From positions 3,712 through 67,711 of the forward strand of contig SVKS01000001.1 of the NCBI GenBank assembly GCA_015068345.1: a DNA stretch of 64,000 nucleotides, read 5' to 3'. The notes under the pieces were generated by a model. It did no database searches and was not told where the DNA came from. It saw only the letters and a list, made by a program, of their open reading frames with translations. The stretch is from Oscillospiraceae bacterium (GTDB taxonomy: Bacteria; Bacillota; Clostridia; Oscillospirales; QAMX01). This document shows positions 1 through 8,238 of this stretch, piece by piece; position 1 is the stretch's first letter; every line of letters begins with the position of its first letter. A program made the translations under genes and the position numbers.

Positions 1-579
1 TTCGGGAAAGGCGCTTTCCAAAAGCAACAGTCCCTGGTGCCAACTGGTGGGTTGAGGGACTCCGGTTTCAACGGCGGCAAAAGCGTCAAAAAAGTCGGCT
101 TCATAAATATATGGAGAAAGGGCGGAAAGAGAACCGAGAATGGAGTCTGCTAACGTATGAAGATCCGAAATGGAACTGCGGATGGTTTCCGGATCGGAGG
201 AACCCTGCCCGGCGGCGGAAGCAAGGAAATACGCATAGCTACCGGTCCGGTTGAGAAAATCGGAGGTGTGGGAGGAATCGATGGAAGATACAGGCAGTTC
301 TGCCAAAGCGGCTTCTGCTGTTTCTGCCTTATTCCAAATGTCACCCGAAAGCAGAGCAAGAAGCTCCGGGGAGGTACAGACCGCGGCCTTTTCCAGAGAG
401 GATTCGATGGACTCCAGGGACGATATCAAAGTCCAAAAGGATCTGCGGTATTCGCTCTGTTGTCTCTCCCGGAGAAGGACCAGCTCCCGATCCTTCCGGA
501 GGCAAAAGATCGACAATACCAAAACGGCGGCCAGAGAAAAAGAAATAGCTCGTACCAAAGTTCGGACGTGTATTTTCAT
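1..579 (-). CDS. YpeB-like membrane-anchored sporulation/germination protein, N-terminal part only (gene runs off the window start)
   Basis: Absent from the ORF track because the frame is open to position 1. My translation starts at the ATG at 579-577, with AAGGAG at 592-587 and a 7-nt spacer. It reads MKIHVRTLVRAISFSLAAVLVLSIFCLRKDRELVLL...IWNKAETAEAALAELPVS...FLNRTGSYAYFLA. There is one N-terminal TM helix followed by a region I recall as resembling the Bacillus YpeB N-terminus. The family call is from memory only. Confidence 0.4.
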   Translation of the reverse strand, partial: MKIHVRTLVRAISFSLAAVLVLSIFCLRKDRELVLLRERQQSEYRRSFWTLISSLESIESSLEKAAVCTSPELLALLSGDIWNKAETAEAALAELPVSSIDSSHTSDFLNRTGSYAYFLASAAGQGSSDPETIRSSISDLHTLADSILGSLSALSPYIYEADFFDAFAAVETGVPQPTSWHQGLLLLESAFPE

Positions 580-603
580 GACAAGGCTCCTTGTAAATGA
601 AAT

Positions 604-619
604 TGTTTCACGTGAAACA
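604..619. other. parS centromere-like ParB/Spo0J binding site (perfect palindrome)
   Basis: Exact TGTTTCACGTGAAACA, matching the Firmicute parS consensus TGTTNCACGTGAAACA. It sits inside a 24-bp perfect palindrome (600-623) in a divergent intergenic region, so it is not in a terminator position. Confidence 0.8.
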
Positions 620-673
620 ATTTTAGTATTGCCGTAAATTGAGGAAGATACACCTGTCGTGAGAATAATTTGC

Positions 674-702
674 TTGCAATTATAGCGTATATGGTGTAAA
701 AT
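674..702 (+). promoter_or_regulatory. sigma-A-type promoter of the gltX-glnS-thuA unit
   Basis: TTGCAA (674-679), 17-nt spacer, TAAAAT (697-702) preceded by TG. This places the TSS near 709, downstream of the first ATGs of the ORF-track gltX call. Confidence 0.5.
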
Positions 703-733
703 GATGGATAGAACTGAAAAAGGAATGAGAAGA

Positions 734-2389
734 ATGAATTATCAAGCTTTAGCTGAACTACTCTACCCCAACGTACAACACGATTGTGATTACTACGAAG
801 CTAAATACCCCGAACGGAATTTACCGGAGGGGGCAAAAGTGCTTCGTTTTGCACCATCCCCCACGGGTTATCTGCACCTGGGCGGGGTTTACCAGGTCAT
901 GTGCGATGAACGCCTGGCTCACCTTTCGGGTGGTGTTTTCATGCTCCGTATTGAGGATACCGACAGCAAGCGGGAACTGGCCGATGGTATCCGCGTCATC
1001 ACCGATGGCATTTCTAAATTTGGTATCCAAATCGATGAAGGCATGACTCCTGATGGAGAAAAGGGTGCCTACGGGCCCTACCGTCAGAGCCAGAGAGCCG
1101 AAATCTACCACACCTTTGCGAAAAAGCTGGTGGCCGAAGGTAAGGCTTATCCCTGCTTCTGCAACGAGGAACGCCTGGGCGCCATGCGTGCCGAGCAGGA
1201 ATCCAAGAAGGTCAATCCGGGCTACTATGGTGAATACGCCGCCTGCCGTAATCTGAGCCTGGAGGAAGTAAAAGCCCATCTGGACAATGGGGACAAGTTT
1301 GTCCTGCGTTTCCGGGCCTGCCCCACCGGCGAACGGCCTGAATTCACCGACTGCGTCAGAGGTCGCATTGACGTGCCCGAAAACGACGTGGATATGGTTC
1401 TGATCAAGTCGGATGGCATCCCGGTTTATCACTTTGCCCACGTGGTGGACGATCACCTGATGCGCACCACCCACGTGGTCCGTGGGGAAGAATGGTTGGC
1501 AACCCTGCCCCTGCACGTACAGCTCTTCGATGCCATGGGCTGGAAGCGTCCTGAATACATCCACACCGCCACCATCATGAAGATCGACAACGGCGGCAAG
1601 CGCAAGCTTTCGAAACGCAAGGACCCGGAAGCAGCTGTGGAATACTTCTTCACCGAAGGCTATCCCAGAGAAGCTCTCATCGATTATCTCCTGATGCTCC
1701 TGAACTCTAACTATGAAGAATGGCGCGCCGCCAACCCCGATGCTTCCTACGAAGCATTCCCCTATTCGGTGGAAAAGATGAGCAACAGCGGCTGTCTCTT
1801 TGATTTCAACAAGCTTTACGACATTTCCAAAAACGTCATTTCCCGTATGGATGCCAAAACTGCCTACGCCTCCAGCACTCTCTGGAGCGCCAATTATGAT
1901 GCTGAATGGCATTCTCTTTTCACCGCCGACCCCGAAAAGGCCATTGCCATTCTTTCCATTGGCCGCGGCGGCGAAAAACCCAGAAAGGACATCGGCCTTT
2001 GGAAGGAACTGCCCACCTATGCCGGTTTCTTCTTCGAAGAGCGTTTTGACCCCGATTACTCTCCCCTGCTCGGTTACGACAAGGCGGACGTAGAGAAGGT
2101 GCTGGCGGAGTATTCCGCCCTCTATCAGCCTGAGGATGATCAGACCACCTGGTTTGGCCGCATCAAGGAATTGGCGGTCAGCCTGGGATATGCCCCTGAT
2201 ACCAAAACCTGGAAGAAAAACAAGGAAAGCTACAAGGGACACGCCGGTGACATTAGCATGTTCCTGCGGGTAGCGGTGACTGGTCGTACCAACTCCCCGG
2301 ATCTTTGCGAAGTGATGCGGATCCTGGGCAAGGAAAAGGTTGCCGAAAGACTGGAAAAAGCAGCTTCCTACATCAAAGAAAAGGAATAA
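734..2389 (+). CDS. gltX: glutamate--tRNA ligase (GluRS)
   Basis: Class I aaRS motifs: FAPSPTGYLHLGG (HIGH region), RIEDTD, KLSKRK (KMSKS). The C-terminus FLRVAVTGRTNSPDL...LGKEKV is typical of GluRS. I moved the start to ATG 734 (AAGGAA RBS, 7-nt spacer, downstream of the predicted TSS). The ORF track starts at 701. Confidence 0.93.
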   Translation: MNYQALAELLYPNVQHDCDYYEAKYPERNLPEGAKVLRFAPSPTGYLHLGGVYQVMCDERLAHLSGGVFMLRIEDTDSKRELADGIRVITDGISKFGIQIDEGMTPDGEKGAYGPYRQSQRAEIYHTFAKKLVAEGKAYPCFCNEERLGAMRAEQESKKVNPGYYGEYAACRNLSLEEVKAHLDNGDKFVLRFRACPTGERPEFTDCVRGRIDVPENDVDMVLIKSDGIPVYHFAHVVDDHLMRTTHVVRGEEWLATLPLHVQLFDAMGWKRPEYIHTATIMKIDNGGKRKLSKRKDPEAAVEYFFTEGYPREALIDYLLMLLNSNYEEWRAANPDASYEAFPYSVEKMSNSGCLFDFNKLYDISKNVISRMDAKTAYASSTLWSANYDAEWHSLFTADPEKAIAILSIGRGGEKPRKDIGLWKELPTYAGFFFEERFDPDYSPLLGYDKADVEKVLAEYSALYQPEDDQTTWFGRIKELAVSLGYAPDTKTWKKNKESYKGHAGDISMFLRVAVTGRTNSPDLCEVMRILGKEKVAERLEKAASYIKEKE

Positions 2390-2395
2390 GATACC

Positions 2396-4051
2396 ATGGA
2401 AGAAAACAGCAGTAACTTCATTTTTGATATTATCGATGCCGACCTGGCCGAAGGCCGGGAGGACCACGTTCAGACCCGGTTCCCGCCGGAACCCAACGGC
2501 AGACTGCACATTGGTTCTGCCAAAGCCATTTACATCAACTACACCACCGCCCGTAAATACGGCGGTAAGTTCAACCTGCGTTTCGACGATACCAACCCCT
2601 CCAAGGAAAACGAGGACTATTGCCGCTCTATCTATGAAGACATTCTCTGGCTTACCGGGGAAGAACCCAGCGGTGGCGTTTACTACGGCTCCGACTACTT
2701 TGATAAGTGCTTTGAATACGCTGTAAAGCTGATCAAGGACGGTAAGGCTTACGTTTGTGACCTGACCGCCGATGAAATGCGGGAATACCGTGGCACCCTG
2801 ACCACCCCGGGTAAGGAAAGCCCCTACCGTAACCGTAGTGTGGAAGAAAATCTGGATCTCTTCTACCGTATGCGGGACGGCGAATTCCCGGATGGTGCCA
2901 AGACCCTGCGTGCCAAAATCGACATGGCAAGCCCCAACATGAACATGCGTGACCCGGCCATCTACCGGATCCTGCACATGAGCCACCATCGCCAGGGGGA
3001 CAAATGGTGCGTTTACCCTCTCTACGACTTTGCCCACCCCATTCAGGATGCCACCGAAGGTATCACCCACTCCCTGTGTTCCATCGAATTCTCCGATCAC
3101 CGTGTGCTGTATGATTGGGTGGTGGACAACATCGGGTTTGAGCATAAGCCCCATCAGTATGAATTTGCCCGCCTGAACGTGACCTACACTGTCATGAGCA
3201 AGCGTTACCTCAGAAGCTTGGTGGAAGAAAACATTGTGGACGGATGGGATGACCCCCGCCTGCCCACCCTGTCGGGTCTGCGCCGTCGTGGCTATACCCC
3301 CTCCGCCCTGTTCGATTTTATCCGCCGTTCGGGTATCTCTAAGACCTTGTCCACCGCCGACGTGGGTCTTTTGGAACATTGCATCCGGGAAGAGCTCAAC
3401 AAGACCGCCCTGCGCCGGGTAGCCGTGCTGAAGCCCCTGAAGGTGATTCTGACCAACTATCCTGAGGACAAGGTAGAATACTTTGCCCTGCCCAACAATC
3501 CGGAAGATCCCGAAGCCGGTACCCGCGATCTTCCCTTCACCCGGGAACTTTACATCGATCAGGACGACTTCGCCATGGTGCCGCCTCCCAAGTTCCATCG
3601 CCTGTCTCCGGGCAAGGAGGTTCGCCTGATGGGTGCTTACATTATCAAGTGCGAAGAAGCCATCACCGATGAAAACGGCAACGTGGTGGAACTCCACTGC
3701 ACCGCCGACCTGGAAACCGGATCGGGTAACCCTGTGGACGGCCGCAAGGTTCGCGGCGTTTCCCATTGGCTTTCTGCCAAGTACGCGGTGGACGCCAAGG
3801 CAAACCTCTATAATCACCTCCTGACCCTGGAAATCACCAGTGACCTTCCGGAGGACAAAACCTACAACGATTACTTCAACCCCGAATCGCTGGAAGTGGT
3901 GGAAGGCATGAAGCTGGAACCCTCCCTGGCAGAATTCAAGCCCGGTGAAAAGTATCAGTTCGTGCGGGTGGGTTACTTCACCGGCGATATTCGTCATCCC
4001 GGTGTTTATAACCGCATTGTCGGTTTGAAGGGCTCCTATAAAGTAAAATAA
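2396..4051 (+). CDS. glnS: glutamine--tRNA ligase (GlnRS)
   Basis: RFPPEPNGRLHIGSAKA (HIGH), LRFDDTNP, VMSKR (KMSKS), and a C-terminal beta-barrel anticodon-binding region (QFVRVGYF). It lies 6 nt after the gltX stop. Confidence 0.93.
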   Translation: MEENSSNFIFDIIDADLAEGREDHVQTRFPPEPNGRLHIGSAKAIYINYTTARKYGGKFNLRFDDTNPSKENEDYCRSIYEDILWLTGEEPSGGVYYGSDYFDKCFEYAVKLIKDGKAYVCDLTADEMREYRGTLTTPGKESPYRNRSVEENLDLFYRMRDGEFPDGAKTLRAKIDMASPNMNMRDPAIYRILHMSHHRQGDKWCVYPLYDFAHPIQDATEGITHSLCSIEFSDHRVLYDWVVDNIGFEHKPHQYEFARLNVTYTVMSKRYLRSLVEENIVDGWDDPRLPTLSGLRRRGYTPSALFDFIRRSGISKTLSTADVGLLEHCIREELNKTALRRVAVLKPLKVILTNYPEDKVEYFALPNNPEDPEAGTRDLPFTRELYIDQDDFAMVPPPKFHRLSPGKEVRLMGAYIIKCEEAITDENGNVVELHCTADLETGSGNPVDGRKVRGVSHWLSAKYAVDAKANLYNHLLTLEITSDLPEDKTYNDYFNPESLEVVEGMKLEPSLAEFKPGEKYQFVRVGYFTGDIRHPGVYNRIVGLKGSYKVK

Positions 4052-4068
4052 CATAAAGGAGAAGACTG

Positions 4069-4791
4069 ATGAAGAAAGCTTTGATTTTCCAGGGCGGCTG
4101 GGACGGACACGAACCCAAGCTGGTTTCCAAGCGTTTTGCCGCTATCCTGGAACGCAACGGCTATCAGGTAGACATCTACGATCACCAGGATTGCCTGGCC
4201 GATCTGGAAGAACTGAAAAAGCTGGACCTGATTATCCCCTGCTGGACTATGGGCGAAATCAAACCGGAGTACTCCAAAAACGTGGCCAAAGCGGTAGCTT
4301 CGGGCGTAGGTTTGGCAGGCTGCCACGGCGGTATGTGTGATGCCTTCCGCCAGGATACCGAATGGCAGTTCATGACCGGCGGTCAATGGGTCAGCCACCC
4401 CGGCGGCGACGGCGTACGCTACACCGTCAATATTGCCCATGGCAGCAGTCCTATCACCCAGGGCTTGGAAGATTTCGTGGTGGAAAGCGAACAGTACTAC
4501 GTGCATATCGACCCCGCTATTGAGGTGTTGGCTACCACCCGTTTCCCCGTGGTGAACTACTACCACGCCTCCAACAAGGCTTGTGACGTGCCGGTGGCAT
4601 GGACCAAGTTCTGGGGCGTAGGCCGTGTGTTCTACAATTCCCTGGGGCACCACGATGACGTGTTTGACAAGTCCCCCAATGCCCAGATCCTGATGGAACG
4701 GGGCATGCTGTGGGCGGGTGAAGGCAAACAGTACGCCATCGACCATAACCTCTCCATTGAGCGTTACGAAAACAACGCCAAGATGTACTAA
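4069..4791 (+). CDS. ThuA-like (trehalose-utilisation / class I glutamine-amidotransferase-like) domain protein
   Basis: MKKALIFQGGWDGHEPK...CWTMGE...GCHGG...YNSLGH pattern, as I recall for ThuA-domain proteins. GGAGAAG RBS. Confidence 0.6.
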   Translation: MKKALIFQGGWDGHEPKLVSKRFAAILERNGYQVDIYDHQDCLADLEELKKLDLIIPCWTMGEIKPEYSKNVAKAVASGVGLAGCHGGMCDAFRQDTEWQFMTGGQWVSHPGGDGVRYTVNIAHGSSPITQGLEDFVVESEQYYVHIDPAIEVLATTRFPVVNYYHASNKACDVPVAWTKFWGVGRVFYNSLGHHDDVFDKSPNAQILMERGMLWAGEGKQYAIDHNLSIERYENNAKMY

Positions 4792-4800
4792 GTCCATAAG

Positions 4801-4841
4801 AAAACCCCCGAATGTTTCACGTGAAACATTCGGGGGTTTTT
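4801..4841. terminator. bidirectional rho-independent terminator between convergent thuA-like and GH42 genes
   Basis: AAAA-CCCCCGAATGTTTCAC|GTGAAACATTCGGGGG-TTTTT. This is a 32-bp perfect palindrome (4805-4836) flanked by an A-tract and a T-tract. Confidence 0.75.
4813..4828. other. parS centromere-like site embedded in the terminator stem
   Basis: Second exact copy of TGTTTCACGTGAAACA, forming the core of the terminator palindrome. Confidence 0.75.
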
Positions 4842-4850
4842 GTTTGTCTG

Positions 4851-6890
4851 TTAGATCAGGAAGGCTGTGCCATAAGCGGGAATGGTAAGAGAAGTGATTT
4901 TCTCGCCGCATTCCAGGCATTCCATTTCTCTGGGAAGAGAAACAGAGACTTCATTGGTGTTGAAGTTCTGGAAGATGTGGCAGAGGGAACCATCCTCCAA
5001 CGTGCGGTTAGAGAGGAAGACTCCCTTGGGAAGCGTGACGTCCAGCGTTTTCAGGGAAAGATCTTCAATGATGTTTCTGTAAAGATCATCATAGAAGGAC
5101 TGCTCGAAACAGGCGGCTATGTAGTAGACCTTGCCCTTGCCGAAGGACTGTACGGTAAAGGCGGGGAGCCCGGCGATAAAGTCATCGTCGTAGGTAGCCA
5201 GAGCGGTGGCACCGTTCAGGTGAGCTACTTCGGTGTAATCCTCAATGGCGTAGCTGGCCTTCATGCCACGGGTAGTTTCGCAGGGAAGAATGGTGGCGCT
5301 GTTGGCATCCTGGGGGTAAAGGGTGTCAATTTCTTCCACGTCCACCCCCATCACCTGATTCATGCCATCCCCGGGGAAGCCGCCCAGGAAGCAAAGGTCG
5401 GTGTCGTTAACCACACCGCTCCAGTAGGTGGTGACCAGGGTGCCGCCGTTTTCCACAAAGGCACGGAGCTTTTCGGCAACTCCCGCCCGATACATGTAGA
5501 GCATGGGGGCAGCAATCAGCTGATAGGGAGTAAAGTCGGATTCCTCGTCGATGACGTCCACGTTGACACCTTCCCGGAAAAGAGGACCATAATGATGGAG
5601 AGCTTCCTTCATGTAACCCTTGTCCTTCTGAATCAGACCCTGTAAGTCGTCCAAAGCCCAGCGGTTTTCGGTATCCCAAATGACCGCGGCTTTGGCTTCA
5701 AAAGGAGAACCAACCAGGCGGGAAAGACCCTTCATGCGTTTGCCCAGAGCAGCTACATCCCTAAATTCACGGGTTTGGTTGGAACCAAGATGCCCCACCA
5801 CGGCACCGTGGAATTTCTCGCTGCCGCCGCGGCCCTTGCGCCATTGGAAATATTGGATGCTGTCACTGCCTCGAGCCACTGCCTGCAGGGAGGAAAGCTC
5901 GTGCATACCGGGACGTTTCATTTTTGCGTATTCCTTCCAGTTGACGGCGGTGGTAACCGATTCCATCAGCATAAAGGGTTGGGAGGGTTTGATGCTTCGC
6001 ATCAGGTCGTGGGCCATGGCGATGGAACAAGCCAGCTCCTGATCGTCTCCTTCATGCCATGCGGGGTAGTTGTCCCAGGAAATGACGTCGCAGACGTTCT
6101 TGAATTTGAAATAGTTCAGCCCGGGGTAGAAGCCCATCAGGTTGGCGGTTACCGGCAGGGAAGGATTGGCTTCTTTCAGGGGCTTGATCTCTGCTTCCAT
6201 GAAATCCACCGTCATGTCGGTGGTAAACCGCTTCCAATCCAGATTCATTCCGTGCAGGCTGTGTTCGCCGTTGTCCATGGGAGGATTGATCTGATCCCAG
6301 GAGGTAAAGTTCTTGCTCCAGAAATAGCTCCACCAGGCGTGATTGAGATTTTCCAGAGTGCCGTATTTTTTCTTCAGCCAATTGCGGAAGTTCTCTTTGC
6401 ACAGGTCGCAATAACAGGCACCGCCGTATTCATTGGAAACGTGCCACAAAATCACAGCGGGGTGGTGGGAATAGCGGGTGGCCAGGGCGGTGTTCATTTG
6501 GCGAACCTTTTCCCGGTAGATGGGGGAGCTATAGCAATGATTGTGCCGGGCGGAAAAGAGAATGCGTCGATTATCCGAATTGACTCGCAAAACTTCGGGA
6601 TATTTTTCGGCCATCCAGGCGGGACGGGCCGCCGAGGGGGTGGCCAGGATGGTATAGACTCCGTGGGCATAGAGCCGGTCAATGACCTGATCCAGCCATT
6701 CAAAGTTGTATTTTCCCTCTTCGGGTTCCAGGGTAGCCCAGGCAAAAATGCCGATGGACATGGCATTGCAGCCGGCTTCTCTCATCAGCTCCGCATCCCG
6801 TTCCAGAATCTCGGGATAAAGAAGCCATTGATCGGGGTTATAGTCGCCGCCGTGGATCAGATCGGCGACCTTGGTGACCATTTTTTTCAT
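4851..6890 (-). CDS. beta-galactosidase, glycoside hydrolase family 42
   Basis: N-terminus HGGDYNPDQW...AGCNAMSIGIFAWATLEPEEGKYNFEWLD, then WHVSNEYGG (acid/base Glu region) and a trimerisation/C-terminal domain. The start is set at ATG 6890 (GGAGGA RBS, 6-nt spacer). The longer ORF-track start (7118) would overlap the cupin gene. Confidence 0.88.
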   Translation of the reverse strand: MKKMVTKVADLIHGGDYNPDQWLLYPEILERDAELMREAGCNAMSIGIFAWATLEPEEGKYNFEWLDQVIDRLYAHGVYTILATPSAARPAWMAEKYPEVLRVNSDNRRILFSARHNHCYSSPIYREKVRQMNTALATRYSHHPAVILWHVSNEYGGACYCDLCKENFRNWLKKKYGTLENLNHAWWSYFWSKNFTSWDQINPPMDNGEHSLHGMNLDWKRFTTDMTVDFMEAEIKPLKEANPSLPVTANLMGFYPGLNYFKFKNVCDVISWDNYPAWHEGDDQELACSIAMAHDLMRSIKPSQPFMLMESVTTAVNWKEYAKMKRPGMHELSSLQAVARGSDSIQYFQWRKGRGGSEKFHGAVVGHLGSNQTREFRDVAALGKRMKGLSRLVGSPFEAKAAVIWDTENRWALDDLQGLIQKDKGYMKEALHHYGPLFREGVNVDVIDEESDFTPYQLIAAPMLYMYRAGVAEKLRAFVENGGTLVTTYWSGVVNDTDLCFLGGFPGDGMNQVMGVDVEEIDTLYPQDANSATILPCETTRGMKASYAIEDYTEVAHLNGATALATYDDDFIAGLPAFTVQSFGKGKVYYIAACFEQSFYDDLYRNIIEDLSLKTLDVTLPKGVFLSNRTLEDGSLCHIFQNFNTNEVSVSLPREMECLECGEKITSLTIPAYGTAFLI

Positions 6891-6915
6891 GTTGTTCCTC
6901 CGTGTTTTCATAATG

Positions 6916-6946
6916 AAAAAGCGAAGCCCGTGGGGTTTCGCTTTTG
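6916..6946 (-). terminator. rho-independent terminator after the cupin gene
   Basis: Minus strand: GCGAA-A-CCC CAC GGG-C-TTCGC followed by TTTTT. One A.C mismatch in the stem. Confidence 0.6.
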
Positions 6947-6955
6947 TTTTTGAAT

Positions 6956-7309
6956 TTACTTGAAAAGGATCAGCGCCATCAAGCGCAGGGTTTCCTTCCC
7001 AACGTTGCGGATGGAATGGGAAGAACCACTGGGGGTATAGCAAACGTCGCCCTCTTCTACGTCCACGTCGGTACCGTTGTCGGTGAAGACGCCCTTGCCG
7101 GAAAGCACGTAGAAACATTCCATTTCGCCGGTGTGTTCGTGTTCTCCAATGGAAGCACCCACCGGCAGGGTGATTTCGGCAAACAGACGGCCCTTGCCGT
7201 AGTATTCGTCGGAATCGGGGTTGAGCAGGTTGGTGATGGTGACGGTGCCGTGGCCGCCGCGCATGTTGGTGTTCACCTTAACCCAGGCTTCGCTTTTCTT
7301 TCTAACCAT
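6956..7309 (-). CDS. cupin domain protein
   Basis: GEHEHTGEMECFYVLSGKG...GDVCYTPSGSSHSIRN, i.e. the two-motif cupin signature G-x5-H-x-H...G-x5-P-x-G-x2-H. Confidence 0.8.
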   Translation of the reverse strand: MVRKKSEAWVKVNTNMRGGHGTVTITNLLNPDSDEYYGKGRLFAEITLPVGASIGEHEHTGEMECFYVLSGKGVFTDNGTDVDVEEGDVCYTPSGSSHSIRNVGKETLRLMALILFK

Positions 7310-7321
7310 AGTGACCTCCTG

Positions 7322-8200
7322 TTATTTTTCCTCCAACGCACGCATTTCGGGAGGAACAGATTCTTTTTGAGGAAGGGCGTCCTTCAGAAGCTTGACTTCG
7401 CTCTTGTGGAAGACCTTGGGAGACTCCGGATTTTTAACAAGAGTAACCTTCAGCTGTCCGGTCAGGAGGGTAACCTCGGAAACGGTACCACGACCAGCGG
7501 GAGTGTCAACCAGGGCGCCTACCCGGGGGGTGGTTTTTAGAAGCTGTTCGTAGGCTTCATGTTCGTATTTCAGGCAACACATCAGCCGTCCGCAGGTTCC
7601 GGAATTTTTGACAGGATTCAGTGAAAGGTACTGTTCTTTGGCCATTTTGATGGAAACAGGCTGAAATTCGTCCAAAAAAGTTGAACAACAGAAGGGGCGG
7701 CCGCAAACACCAAGACCACCCAGCATCTTGGCTTCGTCCCGGACGCCGATCTGCCGAAGTTCGATGCGGGTACGGAAAACAGAGGCCAACTCTTTTACCA
7801 GTTCCCGGAAGTCCACACGGCCATCGGAGGTGAAATAAAAGAGAATTTTGCTTTCGTCGAAGGTATATTCCACGTCCACCAGCTTCATGTCCAGCTTGTG
7901 GGCGGCAATCTTTTCCTCACAAATATGGAAGGCGCTTTTTTCTTTCTTTTTGTTTTCTTCCACCTTAGCCAGGTCTTCCGGGGTGGCAATGCGGATGACC
8001 TTCTTCAGGGGAGGTACAATTTTTTCTTCGGGAATTTCCTTGTTGGGAATCACCGTCAGGCCCATTTCGATGCCACGGCTGGTTTCCACAACAACGTATT
8101 CACCGGCATTTACTTGTAATTCATCCGGAGAAAAATAATAGATTTTTCCTACGGTTTTGAATCTGACACCAATAATTTCGATCAAGATAGTATACTCCAT
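7322..8200 (-). CDS. ricT: PSP1-domain regulatory protein RicT/YaaT
   Basis: IIGVRFKTVGKIYYFSP...VVVETSRG, a Cys-rich CGRPFCC...GTCGRLMCCLKYE, and conserved synteny after holB. The start is uncertain: ATG 8200 or TTG 8227. Confidence 0.85.
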   Translation of the reverse strand: MEYTILIEIIGVRFKTVGKIYYFSPDELQVNAGEYVVVETSRGIEMGLTVIPNKEIPEEKIVPPLKKVIRIATPEDLAKVEENKKKEKSAFHICEEKIAAHKLDMKLVDVEYTFDESKILFYFTSDGRVDFRELVKELASVFRTRIELRQIGVRDEAKMLGGLGVCGRPFCCSTFLDEFQPVSIKMAKEQYLSLNPVKNSGTCGRLMCCLKYEHEAYEQLLKTTPRVGALVDTPAGRGTVSEVTLLTGQLKVTLVKNPESPKVFHKSEVKLLKDALPQKESVPPEMRALEEK

Positions 8201-8238
8201 TGCCGCTTTATGGCATGCGGCTGCCAAACTTTCAAAAA

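Noticed and set aside
157-637. Plus-strand ORFs 157-600 and 251-637 and minus ORF 150-359
   Set aside because: They overlap a better-supported minus-strand frame that is open to the window edge and has an AAGGAG RBS and a signal-anchor N-terminus. They lack RBSs, and their sequences are not protein-like.
821-4054. 1077-aa ORF on the minus strand spanning both gltX and glnS
   Set aside because: It is antisense to two genes with unmistakable aaRS motifs on the plus strand. Its translation is low-complexity and rich in G, V and H, and it would have to cross an intergenic gap. This is a typical shadow ORF caused by codon bias in GC-rich coding DNA.
4812-5645. 277-aa ORF beginning MFHVKH
   Set aside because: Its start codon lies inside the parS/terminator palindrome, and the rest is antisense to the GH42 gene. 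MFHVKH is simply the translation of parS.
6891-7118. N-terminal 76-codon extension of the GH42 ORF
   Set aside because: It would overlap the cupin gene and its terminator. A GGAGGA RBS precedes the ATG at 6890, and the conserved GH42 N-terminus starts just after it.
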